From the NCBI GenBank assembly GCA_046731935.1, contig JBKPMA010000287.1, forward strand, positions 1 through 36,181: a stretch of 36,181 nucleotides of DNA, in the 5' to 3' direction. Positions 21,522 through 30,995 of the stretch are shown here, in pieces; position 1 is the stretch's first letter; every line of letters begins with the position of its first letter. Below the pieces are notes generated by a model. That model worked only from the letters and a program-made list of their open reading frames with translations, was not told the origin of the DNA and did no database searches. The position numbers and the translations under genes were made by a program. This DNA comes from Acidobacteriota bacterium. GTDB taxonomy: Bacteria; Acidobacteriota; Vicinamibacteria; Vicinamibacterales; JAENWD01.

Positions 21522-23159
21522 TTGATCGCGTTCTCGGGCATCTCGAAACAGTACGGACGGCAGATACTGTTCGTCGATGCCTCCTTTCAGCTCAACACCG
21601 GTGAAAAAGTCGGCCTCGTCGGCCCGAACGGGTCCGGCAAGACCACTCTTTTCCGCATGATTGTGGGCGACGAGACGCCTGATGAAGGGGACGTCTCGGT
21701 ACCAAGAAAGCTGACTGTCGGCTACTTCAGGCAGGACGTCGAGGAAATGGGCGGCCGGCCCGTGATTGAAGAGGCGATCGCGGGCAGCGGACGCGTGGGC
21801 GAGCTGCATCACGAGCTCGATGCGCTGCAGCACGCGATGGCGGACCCGGACAAGGCGGACGACCTCGACCGGATCCTGCACCGCTTCGGCGAGGTACAGG
21901 AAGAATACGAGCACCTGGGCGGCTACGCCCTCGAAGCGCAGGCGCGTGAGGTCCTCCATGGACTCGGTTTCGACGACGAGCGCATCGACGGCGACGTCGC
22001 GGCACTGTCGGGCGGTTGGAAGATGCGGGTGGCGATGGCGCGCGTGCTGCTCGGGCGCCCCGACGTCCTTCTGATGGACGAACCCACCAACCATCTCGAC
22101 ATCGAGTCGATCATCTGGCTCGAGTCGTATCTGAAGACGTTCGCCGGTGCCCTGCTCATGACCTCGCACGATCGGGAGTTCATGAACCGGATCGTGACGC
22201 GGATCGCGGAGATCGACGGCGGTGAGATCACCGCGTACTCGGGCAACTACGACTTCTACGAACGCGAGCGCGCGATCCGGGAAGCCAATCGCGAGGCGGC
22301 CTACGCGCGCCAGCAGGCGATGCTGGCCAAGGAGCAGCGGTTCATCGACCGGTTCGCCGCGCACGCCGCCAAAGCGGCCCAGGTCCAGAGCCGGGTCAAA
22401 GCGCTCGAGAAGATCGAAAAGATCGAGCTTCCCAAGAAGCGGAAAGTCGTCAAGTTCGATTTCAGATCTCCATCACGTTCTGGCGACCAAGTCCTCACGC
22501 TCGAAGACGTGCGGAAGGCGTATGGCCGGCGCGTGATTTACGACGGCTTGAGCCTGACCGTTCGGCGCGGCGAACGCTGGGCGGTCATGGGCAGAAATGG
22601 CGCGGGCAAGACGACGCTGCTCAAGATGGTGGCCGGCGCGATGGCACCCGACAGTGGACGCGTGACGCTCGGCGCAAGCCTGAAGCTGGGATACTTCGCG
22701 CAGCAGGCGCTCGACGTGCTCGATCCCAACCTCACGATCGACGAACAGCTCCAGCGTGACTTTCCTCACGAGTCGATCGGCGTGCTCCGCAACCTCGCCG
22801 GTGCCTTCCAGTTCTCAGGCGACGACGTGGACAAGAAGATCCGCGCCTTGTCGGGCGGTGAGAAGACCAGGCTGGTCATGGCCCGCATGCTCCTCGATCC
22901 ACCCAATTTTCTGGTGCTCGACGAGCCGACGAATCACCTCGATCTGGCGACCAAAGAGATGCTGGTCGAAGCGCTGCGCGAATTCGACGGCACGATGCTG
23001 TTCGTGTCGCACGATCGCGCCTTCCTTCGCGGACTCAGCAACCGCGTTCTCGAGCTCGGCGGCGAGAGCGGCGTCGATGCCGAGCCGCATGCGTATCCTG
23101 GCTCGTACGTGGAGTACGTTGCGCGGACCGGACACGAAGCACCGGGAATCCGATCGTGA
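21522..23159 (+). CDS. ABC-F family ATPase (two tandem ABC domains, no TM domain; YbiT/Uup-like)
   Basis: The N-terminus of ORF 21192-23159 overlaps the divergent gene and looks non-coding. An in-frame TTG at 21522 gives MIAFSGISKQYGRQILFVD, a typical ABC-F start. There are two Walker A motifs (GPNGSGKTT, GRNGAGKTT), two signature motifs (LSGGWKMR, LSGGEKTR) and an inter-domain linker. Confidence 0.85.
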   Translation: MIAFSGISKQYGRQILFVDASFQLNTGEKVGLVGPNGSGKTTLFRMIVGDETPDEGDVSVPRKLTVGYFRQDVEEMGGRPVIEEAIAGSGRVGELHHELDALQHAMADPDKADDLDRILHRFGEVQEEYEHLGGYALEAQAREVLHGLGFDDERIDGDVAALSGGWKMRVAMARVLLGRPDVLLMDEPTNHLDIESIIWLESYLKTFAGALLMTSHDREFMNRIVTRIAEIDGGEITAYSGNYDFYERERAIREANREAAYARQQAMLAKEQRFIDRFAAHAAKAAQVQSRVKALEKIEKIELPKKRKVVKFDFRSPSRSGDQVLTLEDVRKAYGRRVIYDGLSLTVRRGERWAVMGRNGAGKTTLLKMVAGAMAPDSGRVTLGASLKLGYFAQQALDVLDPNLTIDEQLQRDFPHESIGVLRNLAGAFQFSGDDVDKKIRALSGGEKTRLVMARMLLDPPNFLVLDEPTNHLDLATKEMLVEALREFDGTMLFVSHDRAFLRGLSNRVLELGGESGVDAEPHAYPGSYVEYVARTGHEAPGIRS

Positions 23160-23203
23160 CCTCCCCGTTCGGGCAGGCGTGACCACCGGGCACAGCACTC
23201 GAC

Positions 23204-23212
23204 TGGTACAAT
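23204..23212 (+). promoter_or_regulatory. extended -10 element TGgTACAAT overlapping the first clpS ATG; it sits 7 nt upstream of the second in-frame ATG (23220)
   Basis: The sequence is gacTGgTACAATgacatcgATGgcg. If this element is used, clpS is leaderless and starts at 23220. Confidence 0.4.
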
Positions 23213-23531
23213 GACATCGATGGCGGACGATCCGAAGACCGGCGGCGAGGTCCTCGAGCGGACCAAGACGGACGTCGCGCAGCCGCCGATGTGGCGGGTC
23301 GTGCTGTTGAACGACGACTACACGCCTATGGACTTCGTCGTTCAGCTGCTCGAAAGCATCTTCGACAAATCGCCGGCCGAGGCCTACCGCATCATGATGC
23401 AAGTCCACGTGGACGGGCGCGGTGTGTGCGGCGTCTACCCGTTCGACGTCGCGGAAACGCGTGTCGCCGCCACGGACGACCTCGCGCAATCTGCCGGATA
23501 TCCGCTCAAAGCCGTCATGGAACGGGAATGA
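23211..23531 (+). CDS. clpS: ATP-dependent Clp protease adaptor ClpS
   Basis: The core sequence is PPMWRVVLLNDDYTPMDFVVQLLESIFDKSPAEAYRIMMQVHVDGRGVCGVYPFDVAETR, a classic ClpS core. It lies directly upstream of clpA. An alternative start is ATG 23220. Confidence 0.9.
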   Translation: MTSMADDPKTGGEVLERTKTDVAQPPMWRVVLLNDDYTPMDFVVQLLESIFDKSPAEAYRIMMQVHVDGRGVCGVYPFDVAETRVAATDDLAQSAGYPLKAVMERE

Positions 23532-23537
23532 GGCGCA

Positions 23538-25979
23538 ATGTTCAGTGCGTCACTCGAAGTCATTCTGACGATTGCTCATCGTGAAGCCAGCGCGCGGCGT
23601 CACACACACCTGACGCTCGAACACCTGCTGTTCGCGCTCGCGCACGATCCCGAAGGCGAGAAGATCCTGTCGGCCGTCGGCGTCGACCTGCGGCAGCTCC
23701 GCATGGATCTCGACGCGTACCTGACCAAATCATTGGAGCAATGGGGCCGCGGCCGCCAGCGCGAGCCCGAGCAGACGCTCTCGTTCCGGCGTGTGCTGCA
23801 GACGGCCGTCCTCCACGTGCAGAGTGCAGGACGCGACGAAGTGCGGTCCGGAGACGTCCTCGCCGCGATGCTGCAGGAGCCGAAGACATTCGCGGCACAG
23901 CTGCTGACGGCGCAGGGCGTCACGCGTCTGGACATCCTGAATTTCATCTCGCACGGCATCGCCAAGGTACCGGCCGAGGGCGACGCGCCCGACGCGGACT
24001 CGGCTCCACGACGCCGGACCGACGATGACGAAGAGCCCGCGCCAACCGCGAAGAACCCCCTGGGCGCGTACACAATCAATCTCAGTGAACGCGCGGCCGC
24101 GGGCCATCTCGATCCGCTCATCGGACGCCAGCCCGAGCTGCAGCGGACCATCCAGATCCTCTGCCGCAGGCGGAAGAACAATCCTGTGTTCGTGGGCGAG
24201 CCGGGCGTGGGCAAGACGGCGCTCGCCGAAGGGCTGGCACTCCGCCTGCTCGAACCTGAAGTGCCGGCGCCACTCGAAGGCGCCGAGATCTTTTCGCTCG
24301 ACAGCACCGCCCTGCTGGCTGGCACGCGCTTCCGTGGCGACTTCGAGGAGCGCTTCAAAGCTGTCATCGGAGCGCTGGCGAAGCGTCACCGGCCGATCCT
24401 CTTCATCGACGAGATTCACACGGCCGTAGGCGCCGGCGCCACGACCGGCGGCACGATGGACCTCGCCGCGCTCATCAAGCCGGTGCTGGTGGCAGGCGAC
24501 CTTCGCGTGATTGGCTCGACGACGTTCGAAGAATTCAAGCACATTGAGAAGGACCGGGCGCTGGCTCGTCGCCTGCAGAAAGTGCCGGTCGAGGAGCCGA
24601 CGGTCGAGGAGACCGCGCGCATCCTCAAGGGACTTCAGAAACGGTACGAAGACCACCACCAGGTGCACTACACCGACGCGGCCATCGACGCGGCGGCGCG
24701 GCTGGCATCGCGGCATCTGCGCGACCTCAAGCTGCCCGACAGCGCCATCGACCTCATCGACGAAGCGGGGGCGATGTTGCGTACGGAGCCGGGTTCCAGG
24801 GTTTCAGCCAGTTCCGAGGGTTCAAAGGGTTCAGAAGGTTCAACGGGTTCTGAGAGTTCAAAGGGTTCAGAAGGTTCAAACGGTTCAAAAGGTTCAGAAG
24901 AGGTCAGAAGCGTCGTGGATGTTCTGCAGATCGAGCGCATCGTCGCGCGGATGGCGAACATTCCCGACCGTCAGGCGTCGGCCTCCGACAAGCATCGGCT
25001 CAAGACGCTGCAGGAAGCACTGGGGCGCGTCGTGTTCGGACAGGAAGAGGCCGTCGCGCTGGTCGCGTCGGCGATCAAGCGGTCGAGCGCGGGTCTCGGC
25101 ACGCCCGAGCGTCCGACAGGAGCCTTTCTATTCACCGGTCCGACAGGCGTCGGCAAGACCGAGCTTGCCAAACAGCTGGCGATTCACCTGGGCAACGAGT
25201 TCATCCGCTACGACATGAGCGAGTACATGGAGAAGCATGCGGTGGCCCGGCTCGTCGGCGCGCCTCCGGGCTACGTCGGCTTCGAGCAGGGCGGCCTGCT
25301 CGTGGACGCCGTCCGCCAGCACCCCTACAGCGTGCTGCTGATGGATGAAATCGAGAAGGCGCACCCCGACGTCCTGAACGTCCTGCTGCAGGTGATGGAT
25401 CATGCGACGTTGACAGACGGCAACGGGCGCAAAGCCGATTTCCGTCACACGATTCTCATCATGACGTCGAACGCCGGCTCACGCGAGCTGTCGTCGGCCA
25501 CGATCGGATTCGGCGAGGCTGCCGGCGATCAATCGCGGACCATCGACGCGCGCATGCGGTCATCCGAGTCGCGCGCGAAGGCGGCCGTTGACCGAGTGTT
25601 CACGCCAGAGTTCCGCAACCGGCTCGATGCGATCGTCACATTCAAGCCACTCACCCCAGCGGTTATGGAGACGATTGTCTCGAAGTTCATCCTGCAGCTG
25701 GAAGCGCAGCTGGCCGAGAAGCACATCGCCATCACGCTGCAGCCGGCGGCCCGCGCGTACCTGGCGAACAAGGGCTTTGATCCCATCTATGGCGCACGGC
25801 CGCTGGGACGAGTGATTCAGCGCGAGGTCCGCGATCCGTTGACGGATGAAATCCTGTTCGGACAGCTCGAACACGGCGGGACCGTCACGCTCGATGTGTC
25901 GGAATCAGCTGAAGGATTGACCTTTGCCTACGAGCCGGCCACGAAACCGGCACCCGCGGCTGCCGATACACCCGCCTGA
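23538..25979 (+). CDS. clpA: ATP-dependent Clp protease ATP-binding subunit ClpA, with a repeat insertion in the D1-D2 linker
   Basis: It has an N-domain and two AAA+ modules (GEPGVGKTA...ILFIDEIH and GPTGVGKTE...LLMDEIEKAH). There is no ClpB-type coiled-coil middle domain. Synteny with clpS supports the call. Confidence 0.9.
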   Translation: MFSASLEVILTIAHREASARRHTHLTLEHLLFALAHDPEGEKILSAVGVDLRQLRMDLDAYLTKSLEQWGRGRQREPEQTLSFRRVLQTAVLHVQSAGRDEVRSGDVLAAMLQEPKTFAAQLLTAQGVTRLDILNFISHGIAKVPAEGDAPDADSAPRRRTDDDEEPAPTAKNPLGAYTINLSERAAAGHLDPLIGRQPELQRTIQILCRRRKNNPVFVGEPGVGKTALAEGLALRLLEPEVPAPLEGAEIFSLDSTALLAGTRFRGDFEERFKAVIGALAKRHRPILFIDEIHTAVGAGATTGGTMDLAALIKPVLVAGDLRVIGSTTFEEFKHIEKDRALARRLQKVPVEEPTVEETARILKGLQKRYEDHHQVHYTDAAIDAAARLASRHLRDLKLPDSAIDLIDEAGAMLRTEPGSRVSASSEGSKGSEGSTGSESSKGSEGSNGSKGSEEVRSVVDVLQIERIVARMANIPDRQASASDKHRLKTLQEALGRVVFGQEEAVALVASAIKRSSAGLGTPERPTGAFLFTGPTGVGKTELAKQLAIHLGNEFIRYDMSEYMEKHAVARLVGAPPGYVGFEQGGLLVDAVRQHPYSVLLMDEIEKAHPDVLNVLLQVMDHATLTDGNGRKADFRHTILIMTSNAGSRELSSATIGFGEAAGDQSRTIDARMRSSESRAKAAVDRVFTPEFRNRLDAIVTFKPLTPAVMETIVSKFILQLEAQLAEKHIAITLQPAARAYLANKGFDPIYGARPLGRVIQREVRDPLTDEILFGQLEHGGTVTLDVSESAEGLTFAYEPATKPAPAAADTPA
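24789..24896. repeat. 9-bp in-frame tandem repeat (NNNGGTTCA), 12 units, inside clpA
   Basis: Units are ccgggttcc agggtttca gccagttcc gagggttca aagggttca gaaggttca acgggttct gagagttca aagggttca gaaggttca aacggttca aaaggttca. They are in phase with the clpA frame and encode PGS RVS ASS EGS KGS EGS TGS ESS KGS EGS NGS KGS. Confidence 0.95.
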
Positions 25980-25989
25980 AACGGCGTGC

Positions 25990-26499
25990 CTACCGGCCCG
26001 ACGTGCCGACAGGTGCCGGGGCCGGCGTAGCAGCTGGTGCGGCCTGCGCTGGTGCTGAACCCACTATAGGGGAATCGCCCGCAGATCGTGGCGAACGCTC
26101 TACGCCCAGCCACAGCAGCACGACGGCGGCCGCCGAAATCGCGAGCAGCACGACGACCACGTGACGGAGAGAACGGCCGATTTCTGGTTTCGGTTCGTCC
26201 GCAAGGTGCAGACGCGGCGGTCCGGGCATGAAATCGAGCAGCGCCGAGTGGAGCGAATGGTCCGCCGGGGGTGCAACATCCGACCGGAGTGCGGCTGCAA
26301 CGTCGTCCGGATTCAGACCGACGACTGGGGCGAGAGCGCGCACGTAGCCGCGGATGAAGACGCCGCCGGGAAGCCGCTCGTACTGCTCCGCCTCCAACGC
26401 CTCGATCTGTCGGTGGTTGATCTTGGTCCTGTTCGCGACCTCGGCGATCGACAGACCGCACCCGAGGCGAGCGTCCCGCAGCTGTTGTCCCGCACTCAT
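25990..26499 (-). CDS. HTH (Xre/RodZ-like) membrane-anchored protein
   Basis: The N-terminal HTH is LRDARLGCGLSIAEVANRTKINHRQIEALE...GGVFIRGYVRALA, as in RodZ-type proteins. It has a single TM segment (VVVVLLAISAAAVVLLWL) and is short (169 aa). Confidence 0.55.
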   Translation of the reverse strand: MSAGQQLRDARLGCGLSIAEVANRTKINHRQIEALEAEQYERLPGGVFIRGYVRALAPVVGLNPDDVAAALRSDVAPPADHSLHSALLDFMPGPPRLHLADEPKPEIGRSLRHVVVVLLAISAAAVVLLWLGVERSPRSAGDSPIVGSAPAQAAPAATPAPAPVGTSGR

Positions 26500-26560
26500 C
26501 GATGTGAATGACCTTCCGCTGCATGATGCGCATCAGCGGCGTTCTACGCAAGCTCCTCTG

Positions 26561-28183
26561 TTATGGCAACGAGGCGTCCGGGACGGACGCCAGCGGGCCG
26601 TCGATCGCTTCGGGCTCCGGTTCAAGGGGAATGGCGGGACACGCGGCCTGTGTGGCGCGCGACACGAGCCACATCGAGGCAAGGCCGGCAAGCATCGCGA
26701 TCGATTTAATCGGGATGCGAACCGCACCTGCCGCATCGACGGGCAACGGCAGCAGCATCGGCAGTCCCAGCAACGGTTCGCCCGCGCCCGCACGAATTGC
26801 GGCGGAGACGGCCATTCCGACGTACGACCCCCACCGATTGGCTCGCCGATCCCACAGGGCCAACAGCAGCTGCGGGAACAGCACGCAATACACGAGATCG
26901 CTGCAGAGCACCCAGAGCGTGTAGATACTCTGCACCTTGATCGCCATCAGCGTGGCCGCGACGCCAACGATCACAACCATCCGCTTGACGATGGATGTCA
27001 GCTTCGCGGATGAGGCGTTCGGGTTGATCAAAGGACGATAGACGTTCCAGGCCGCCATCGACGAGGCCGAGAGCACTGACGAATCGATTGACGACATGAC
27101 GGCAGCCGACACGGCGCCAAGGCCGATGGCGGCGACGATAGGCGGAGTCAGATGCCGTAACACGTACGGCATGATCAACGTGGCCTCTGGAGCGGGCAGC
27201 CCCCTCGCGTGCCAGTCGGCCGCGGATGCCAGGATGCCGATGAGCATCGGCGGAATGGCGGCGAACGCGCAGAACAGGCCGGCGAGGATCGAGAGCCGCC
27301 TGGCCACCTGCTCATCGCGCGCGGCCAGCACACGCTGGAAGTAGACGTGCCAGGGGATCCCCCCGAATATCAGCAGAAGCCCGGAGTCGCTCCAGGTCCA
27401 CCAATTGATTGGCGGAGCCTTCGCCATCACCTGCGCCTGGTACGTCGCCCACGCGTGTCCAAATCCGCCGACACTGCTCGACACGAACGGCACGACAATC
27501 CACAGCCCGATAACGAGCACGACGAGTTGCGCGACGTCAGTCAGCGCGACGGCCCAGAGCCCGCCGGTGATGGTGTAGATGAGCACCACCGCTGCCGACA
27601 GCACGATCGACCACGACGAATCCAGGTCGAGGATGATCCCGAATGTCGTCCCGAGCGCGGTCAGAATGGCGGCTGTCCAGACCACCTCGCCCGTCAGCGC
27701 AGGCAGGTACAGGATGGCCGCGGCTTTCTTGCCGAACCGGCGATCGAAGGGATCGAGCAGCGTCGTGAATCCGTGGCGCCGCATGACGGGCGCAAACCAG
27801 AGACCGCCGATGAGCAGACTGAGCGCGTATCCCCACGGCGCCTGAACGGCCAGTAAGCCGTTCGAATAGGTCTGCTCCGCCGTCCCGTTGACATACCCGC
27901 CGTCGACCCACGTGGCGGTCATCGTGAAGACGCCAACGCCGAGACCAAGGCGCCGGCCGGCCAGCACCATGTCACGGAAACTGCCGTCCGCCCGCGCGGA
28001 CGCCCACACGCCCAGCCAGTAGGTCGCGGCGTAGAAGACGGACATCGCGATCAGCCCGCCCCACTGCGGCGCCGGTGTCGCGAGCCCAAGACCGAACGTG
28101 AGGGCCGTGATGAAAAGGAACCCGATGGTCGCGGGTCCGGCAAGCCTGGCGCGAGTGGAGGCCTGGGGCGACTCAGACGGCAT
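26561..28183 (-). CDS. sodium:solute symporter family (SSS) transporter, substrate unknown
   Basis: The 540-aa protein has about 13 hydrophobic segments. The block pattern is SSS-like (GRRLGLGVGVFTMTATWVDGG..., TLLDPFDRRFGK) and is reminiscent of the choline/proline symporter branch. Confidence 0.75.
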   Translation of the reverse strand: MPSESPQASTRARLAGPATIGFLFITALTFGLGLATPAPQWGGLIAMSVFYAATYWLGVWASARADGSFRDMVLAGRRLGLGVGVFTMTATWVDGGYVNGTAEQTYSNGLLAVQAPWGYALSLLIGGLWFAPVMRRHGFTTLLDPFDRRFGKKAAAILYLPALTGEVVWTAAILTALGTTFGIILDLDSSWSIVLSAAVVLIYTITGGLWAVALTDVAQLVVLVIGLWIVVPFVSSSVGGFGHAWATYQAQVMAKAPPINWWTWSDSGLLLIFGGIPWHVYFQRVLAARDEQVARRLSILAGLFCAFAAIPPMLIGILASAADWHARGLPAPEATLIMPYVLRHLTPPIVAAIGLGAVSAAVMSSIDSSVLSASSMAAWNVYRPLINPNASSAKLTSIVKRMVVIVGVAATLMAIKVQSIYTLWVLCSDLVYCVLFPQLLLALWDRRANRWGSYVGMAVSAAIRAGAGEPLLGLPMLLPLPVDAAGAVRIPIKSIAMLAGLASMWLVSRATQAACPAIPLEPEPEAIDGPLASVPDASLP

Positions 28184-28247
28184 CGGCGGGCTGCATCATG
28201 GCACAAAGAGGGAAAGAAGGTGCGGCCACGAGGTGCGCCGTGCGCCC

Positions 28248-29915
28248 TCAGCGCGCCAGACGAAGCAACGCACGCCGGAACGGCCGGTGCGCTGTGAGCA
28301 ACGCGACCGCGTCCGACTCGCGCCGGCTGCCCTTCGCGCGGATGGCGGCAGCCAGCATCCGCCGATCCGCTGCGCTCCATGCCTCGACGCCGTGAAGCGC
28401 CGAAACCAGCGGCGCCCAGCGACGCCACATCATCCGCTCGGCTGCCGGCATGCGCCGCCACTGTTTCACGTCGAGCAGCGTCGCGACTTCGTCCGCACAC
28501 TGCTCAGCGGCACCGCGCCGATCGCTGCCGAATCGATCGTTCAGATAGTCAGTCACTGCCAGCCCCACGCGATCCATCGGCAACACCCCGATCACATCGT
28601 CACGCGCTCGTCCAAGTGAGAGAAACAGGTGATGCCGGACGAGACGCTTCAATGTCGACGCTGGTGTGCGATAACCCGGCCTCGCAGCCAGCCGAGTGAG
28701 CTCCTGCTCGACGAGCGGGGCGATGGAGGGCTCGCGTGGACGGAAACCCAGCTTGTAATAGAACCACCAGGCGCCGGAGTGCAGGCCCTCGTCGTTTTCG
28801 TGGCCAAGCTGATAGGGATAGACGGCAAACGTGTCGGACGCGAACAGCGTGCGGACGGTCGCAATGAGCTTCGCGTATATCCACGCCGCTTCACCTCCTC
28901 GAAAGGTCTCGAAAATATTGAACGCGAGCTCGGACGATCCGAACAGCGCACTCGCGAGCGCGTAGCCGATCGGAACGCCATTTCGTAGCGTGAGGAACGC
29001 ATACACCGCCTCGAGCACGAAACGACGCTCCGGCACCACGCCGAGACACGCGAACTGCAACCCGTCCTTCCACTCGACGATGCGTACGTCGGCGGGATCG
29101 GCGCTGGCAAAGGCATCCAGGTCGCGTTCCCGCGTGACCATCGACTCGTGCGCGAGATGGATGAGCTGCTTGGCGTCGCGAGCGGAGACCGAACGCACGT
29201 GGGGCCGACGACGTGCTTCGCGATGGAGGTCCGGTCTTCCAGGCGGAAACGCGCGCGTCTGAAAGACCGCGCTCCCGCGCAGCCAGCGGGCGTGGGTTCG
29301 GGAAGGACTACCCGGACCAGCGGCGACGCATATCGGTAAATCGAGCTCGTCGAACAACCGGTCTCGCACGAGCGGGTCCGCGTCGAGCGTGCCCAGCGCG
29401 TTCGCCACGAAGGCGGCATCCGTTTCGGCACCGGCCAGCCGCGCAAGCCACGGCTTCGGATCGTCAATAGGAGGCTCGTCGAACCCGGGCACTTCCGCGG
29501 CCCGCGCCATCAGGAGCAAATGGCCTCCGAGCCGAGCCGTGTCGTCGTACCGATCCCACGCAATCGACATGCGATCGGGAACCGTCGACGCAAGCCACCG
29601 CGCCGTCGGCGCGCCGAATGGATACACGATGTCGCAGCCGGCGACGCCGGAGTTCTCGAGTGCGTCACGATGATGGCGAAGGTCCCGGCGGCGCTCGAAG
29701 GAGGCGAGGACACGTTCGACGGCGTGAAGGACGGCCTCGTCGTCCGGGTACGCCCGCCAGAGACACAGCAGCTCGTGGAAACAAACGAGATCTTTTGCCC
29801 CGGCGAACCGACGTGCGGCCAGTTCGGCGATGAGAGCCACCTTCTCACTGGCGGCGTCAGCACCAAACGTCCACGCGAGCTGGTGCAGGCGCTGCAGGGC
29901 GGCGGGTGTCGGCAT
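28248..29915 (-). CDS. hypothetical protein (555 aa), helical N-terminal half and possible GNAT-like C-terminal fold
   Basis: ORF 28248-30359, trimmed to ATG 29915 because the extension overlaps aguA and is Arg-rich junk. The C-terminal block is NGVPIGYALASALFGSSELAFNIFETFRGGEAAWIYAKL...VYPYQLGHENDEGLHSGAWWFYYKLGFRP. It ends like the N..A..FY.KLGF motif of acetyltransferases. No family was recognised. Confidence 0.55.
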   Translation of the reverse strand: MPTPAALQRLHQLAWTFGADAASEKVALIAELAARRFAGAKDLVCFHELLCLWRAYPDDEAVLHAVERVLASFERRRDLRHHRDALENSGVAGCDIVYPFGAPTARWLASTVPDRMSIAWDRYDDTARLGGHLLLMARAAEVPGFDEPPIDDPKPWLARLAGAETDAAFVANALGTLDADPLVRDRLFDELDLPICVAAGPGSPSRTHARWLRGSAVFQTRAFPPGRPDLHREARRRPHVRSVSARDAKQLIHLAHESMVTRERDLDAFASADPADVRIVEWKDGLQFACLGVVPERRFVLEAVYAFLTLRNGVPIGYALASALFGSSELAFNIFETFRGGEAAWIYAKLIATVRTLFASDTFAVYPYQLGHENDEGLHSGAWWFYYKLGFRPREPSIAPLVEQELTRLAARPGYRTPASTLKRLVRHHLFLSLGRARDDVIGVLPMDRVGLAVTDYLNDRFGSDRRGAAEQCADEVATLLDVKQWRRMPAAERMMWRRWAPLVSALHGVEAWSAADRRMLAAAIRAKGSRRESDAVALLTAHRPFRRALLRLAR

Positions 29916-29993
29916 TTTCAGGCGTGAGCGTCCGTGGTACCGTTGTCGGTTGCGATGATACTCAATACGTCTTTCCGGAATCGTGGGTTTACG

Positions 29994-30995
29994 ATGCCCG
30001 CCGAATGGGCGCCGCACGCGGCAGTATGGACCGCCTGGCCAAGCGACGACGAGCTCTGGATCGGACAGCTCGAGCCGACACGTGACGACTTTGCCGGCCT
30101 GGTTCGCGCTCTGGTGCGGTTCGAGCCGGTCCATCTGCTGGTGCGCGACGACGAGGCCGAGAGCGATGCCCGCCGTCGCCTCGCGGGAGCGGCGGTCGCC
30201 TTCCATCGCGTGCCGTACAACGACGTCTGGCTGCGCGACAGCGGCCCGATTGCCATAGCCAACGGATCGGGGATTCGCCTGCTGAACTGGGAGTTCAATG
30301 GCTGGGGGCGGAAATACGACGCGTCCATCGACAACGACATCCCGCAGGCGATCGCGCATATTCTCGGCACCAAGGCCATCGACACAGGCGTCGTCCTCGA
30401 GGGCGGGTCGATTGAAGTGAATGGCGCGGGCTGTCTACTGACGACGAGGCAGTGTCTGCTGTCGCCCGAGCGAAACCCGTCGCTCAGCGAGTACGACCTG
30501 GAGGGCATCCTCACGGCATGTCTCGGCGTCGAGCGCATTCTCTGGCTGGATCGTGGCCTCGAAGGCGATCACACCGACGGCCACATCGACACGATCACGC
30601 GGTTCGTGGACGAGCGAACGATCGTGACCGTGACGTGCGATGACCCCGGGGATCCCAACTACGGCGTCACGCGAGAGAACCTCCAGCGATTGCGGAGCTT
30701 TCGCGACACGGCCGGGCGTCCGTTCACGATCGTCGAGCTGCCCTTGCCCGCTGCCAGACTGGAGTTCGACGGCACGCGACTCCCGCCGACGTATGCGAAT
30801 TTCTATATCGCGAATGGTGGTGTCGTCGTGCCCTTGTACGGCGACGTTCGCGACGAGCAGGCGCTCGAGATCCTCCGGCCGTTGTTTCCCGGCCGGACCG
30901 TGGTCGGATCGCCCGCGCGAGGCCTGATCACCGGAGGCGGCGCGTTCCACTGCGTCACGCAGCAGCAGCCTGCTGGTACACTGGTTGACGCATGA
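29994..30995 (+). CDS. aguA: agmatine deiminase
   Basis: ORF 29934-30995, trimmed to ATG 29994 (MPAEWAPHAAVWTAWP). Blocks are NDVWLRDSGPI, WEFNGWG, EGGSIEVNG, GDHTDGHID, YANFYIANGGVVVP and the catalytic GGGAFHCVTQQQP. Confidence 0.9.
   Translation: MPAEWAPHAAVWTAWPSDDELWIGQLEPTRDDFAGLVRALVRFEPVHLLVRDDEAESDARRRLAGAAVAFHRVPYNDVWLRDSGPIAIANGSGIRLLNWEFNGWGRKYDASIDNDIPQAIAHILGTKAIDTGVVLEGGSIEVNGAGCLLTTRQCLLSPERNPSLSEYDLEGILTACLGVERILWLDRGLEGDHTDGHIDTITRFVDERTIVTVTCDDPGDPNYGVTRENLQRLRSFRDTAGRPFTIVELPLPAARLEFDGTRLPPTYANFYIANGGVVVPLYGDVRDEQALEILRPLFPGRTVVGSPARGLITGGGAFHCVTQQQPAGTLVDA

Noticed and set aside
20150-21541. N-terminal extensions of several track ORFs: 19344-20714, 20147-21541, 21192-23159, 28248-30359, 33701-35170, 8772-10439 and 33456-34178.
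   Set aside because: The extensions overlap neighbouring genes, are Arg/Pro-rich, and precede internal start codons. Those internal starts give canonical N-termini, ATGA coupling or Shine-Dalgarno sites.
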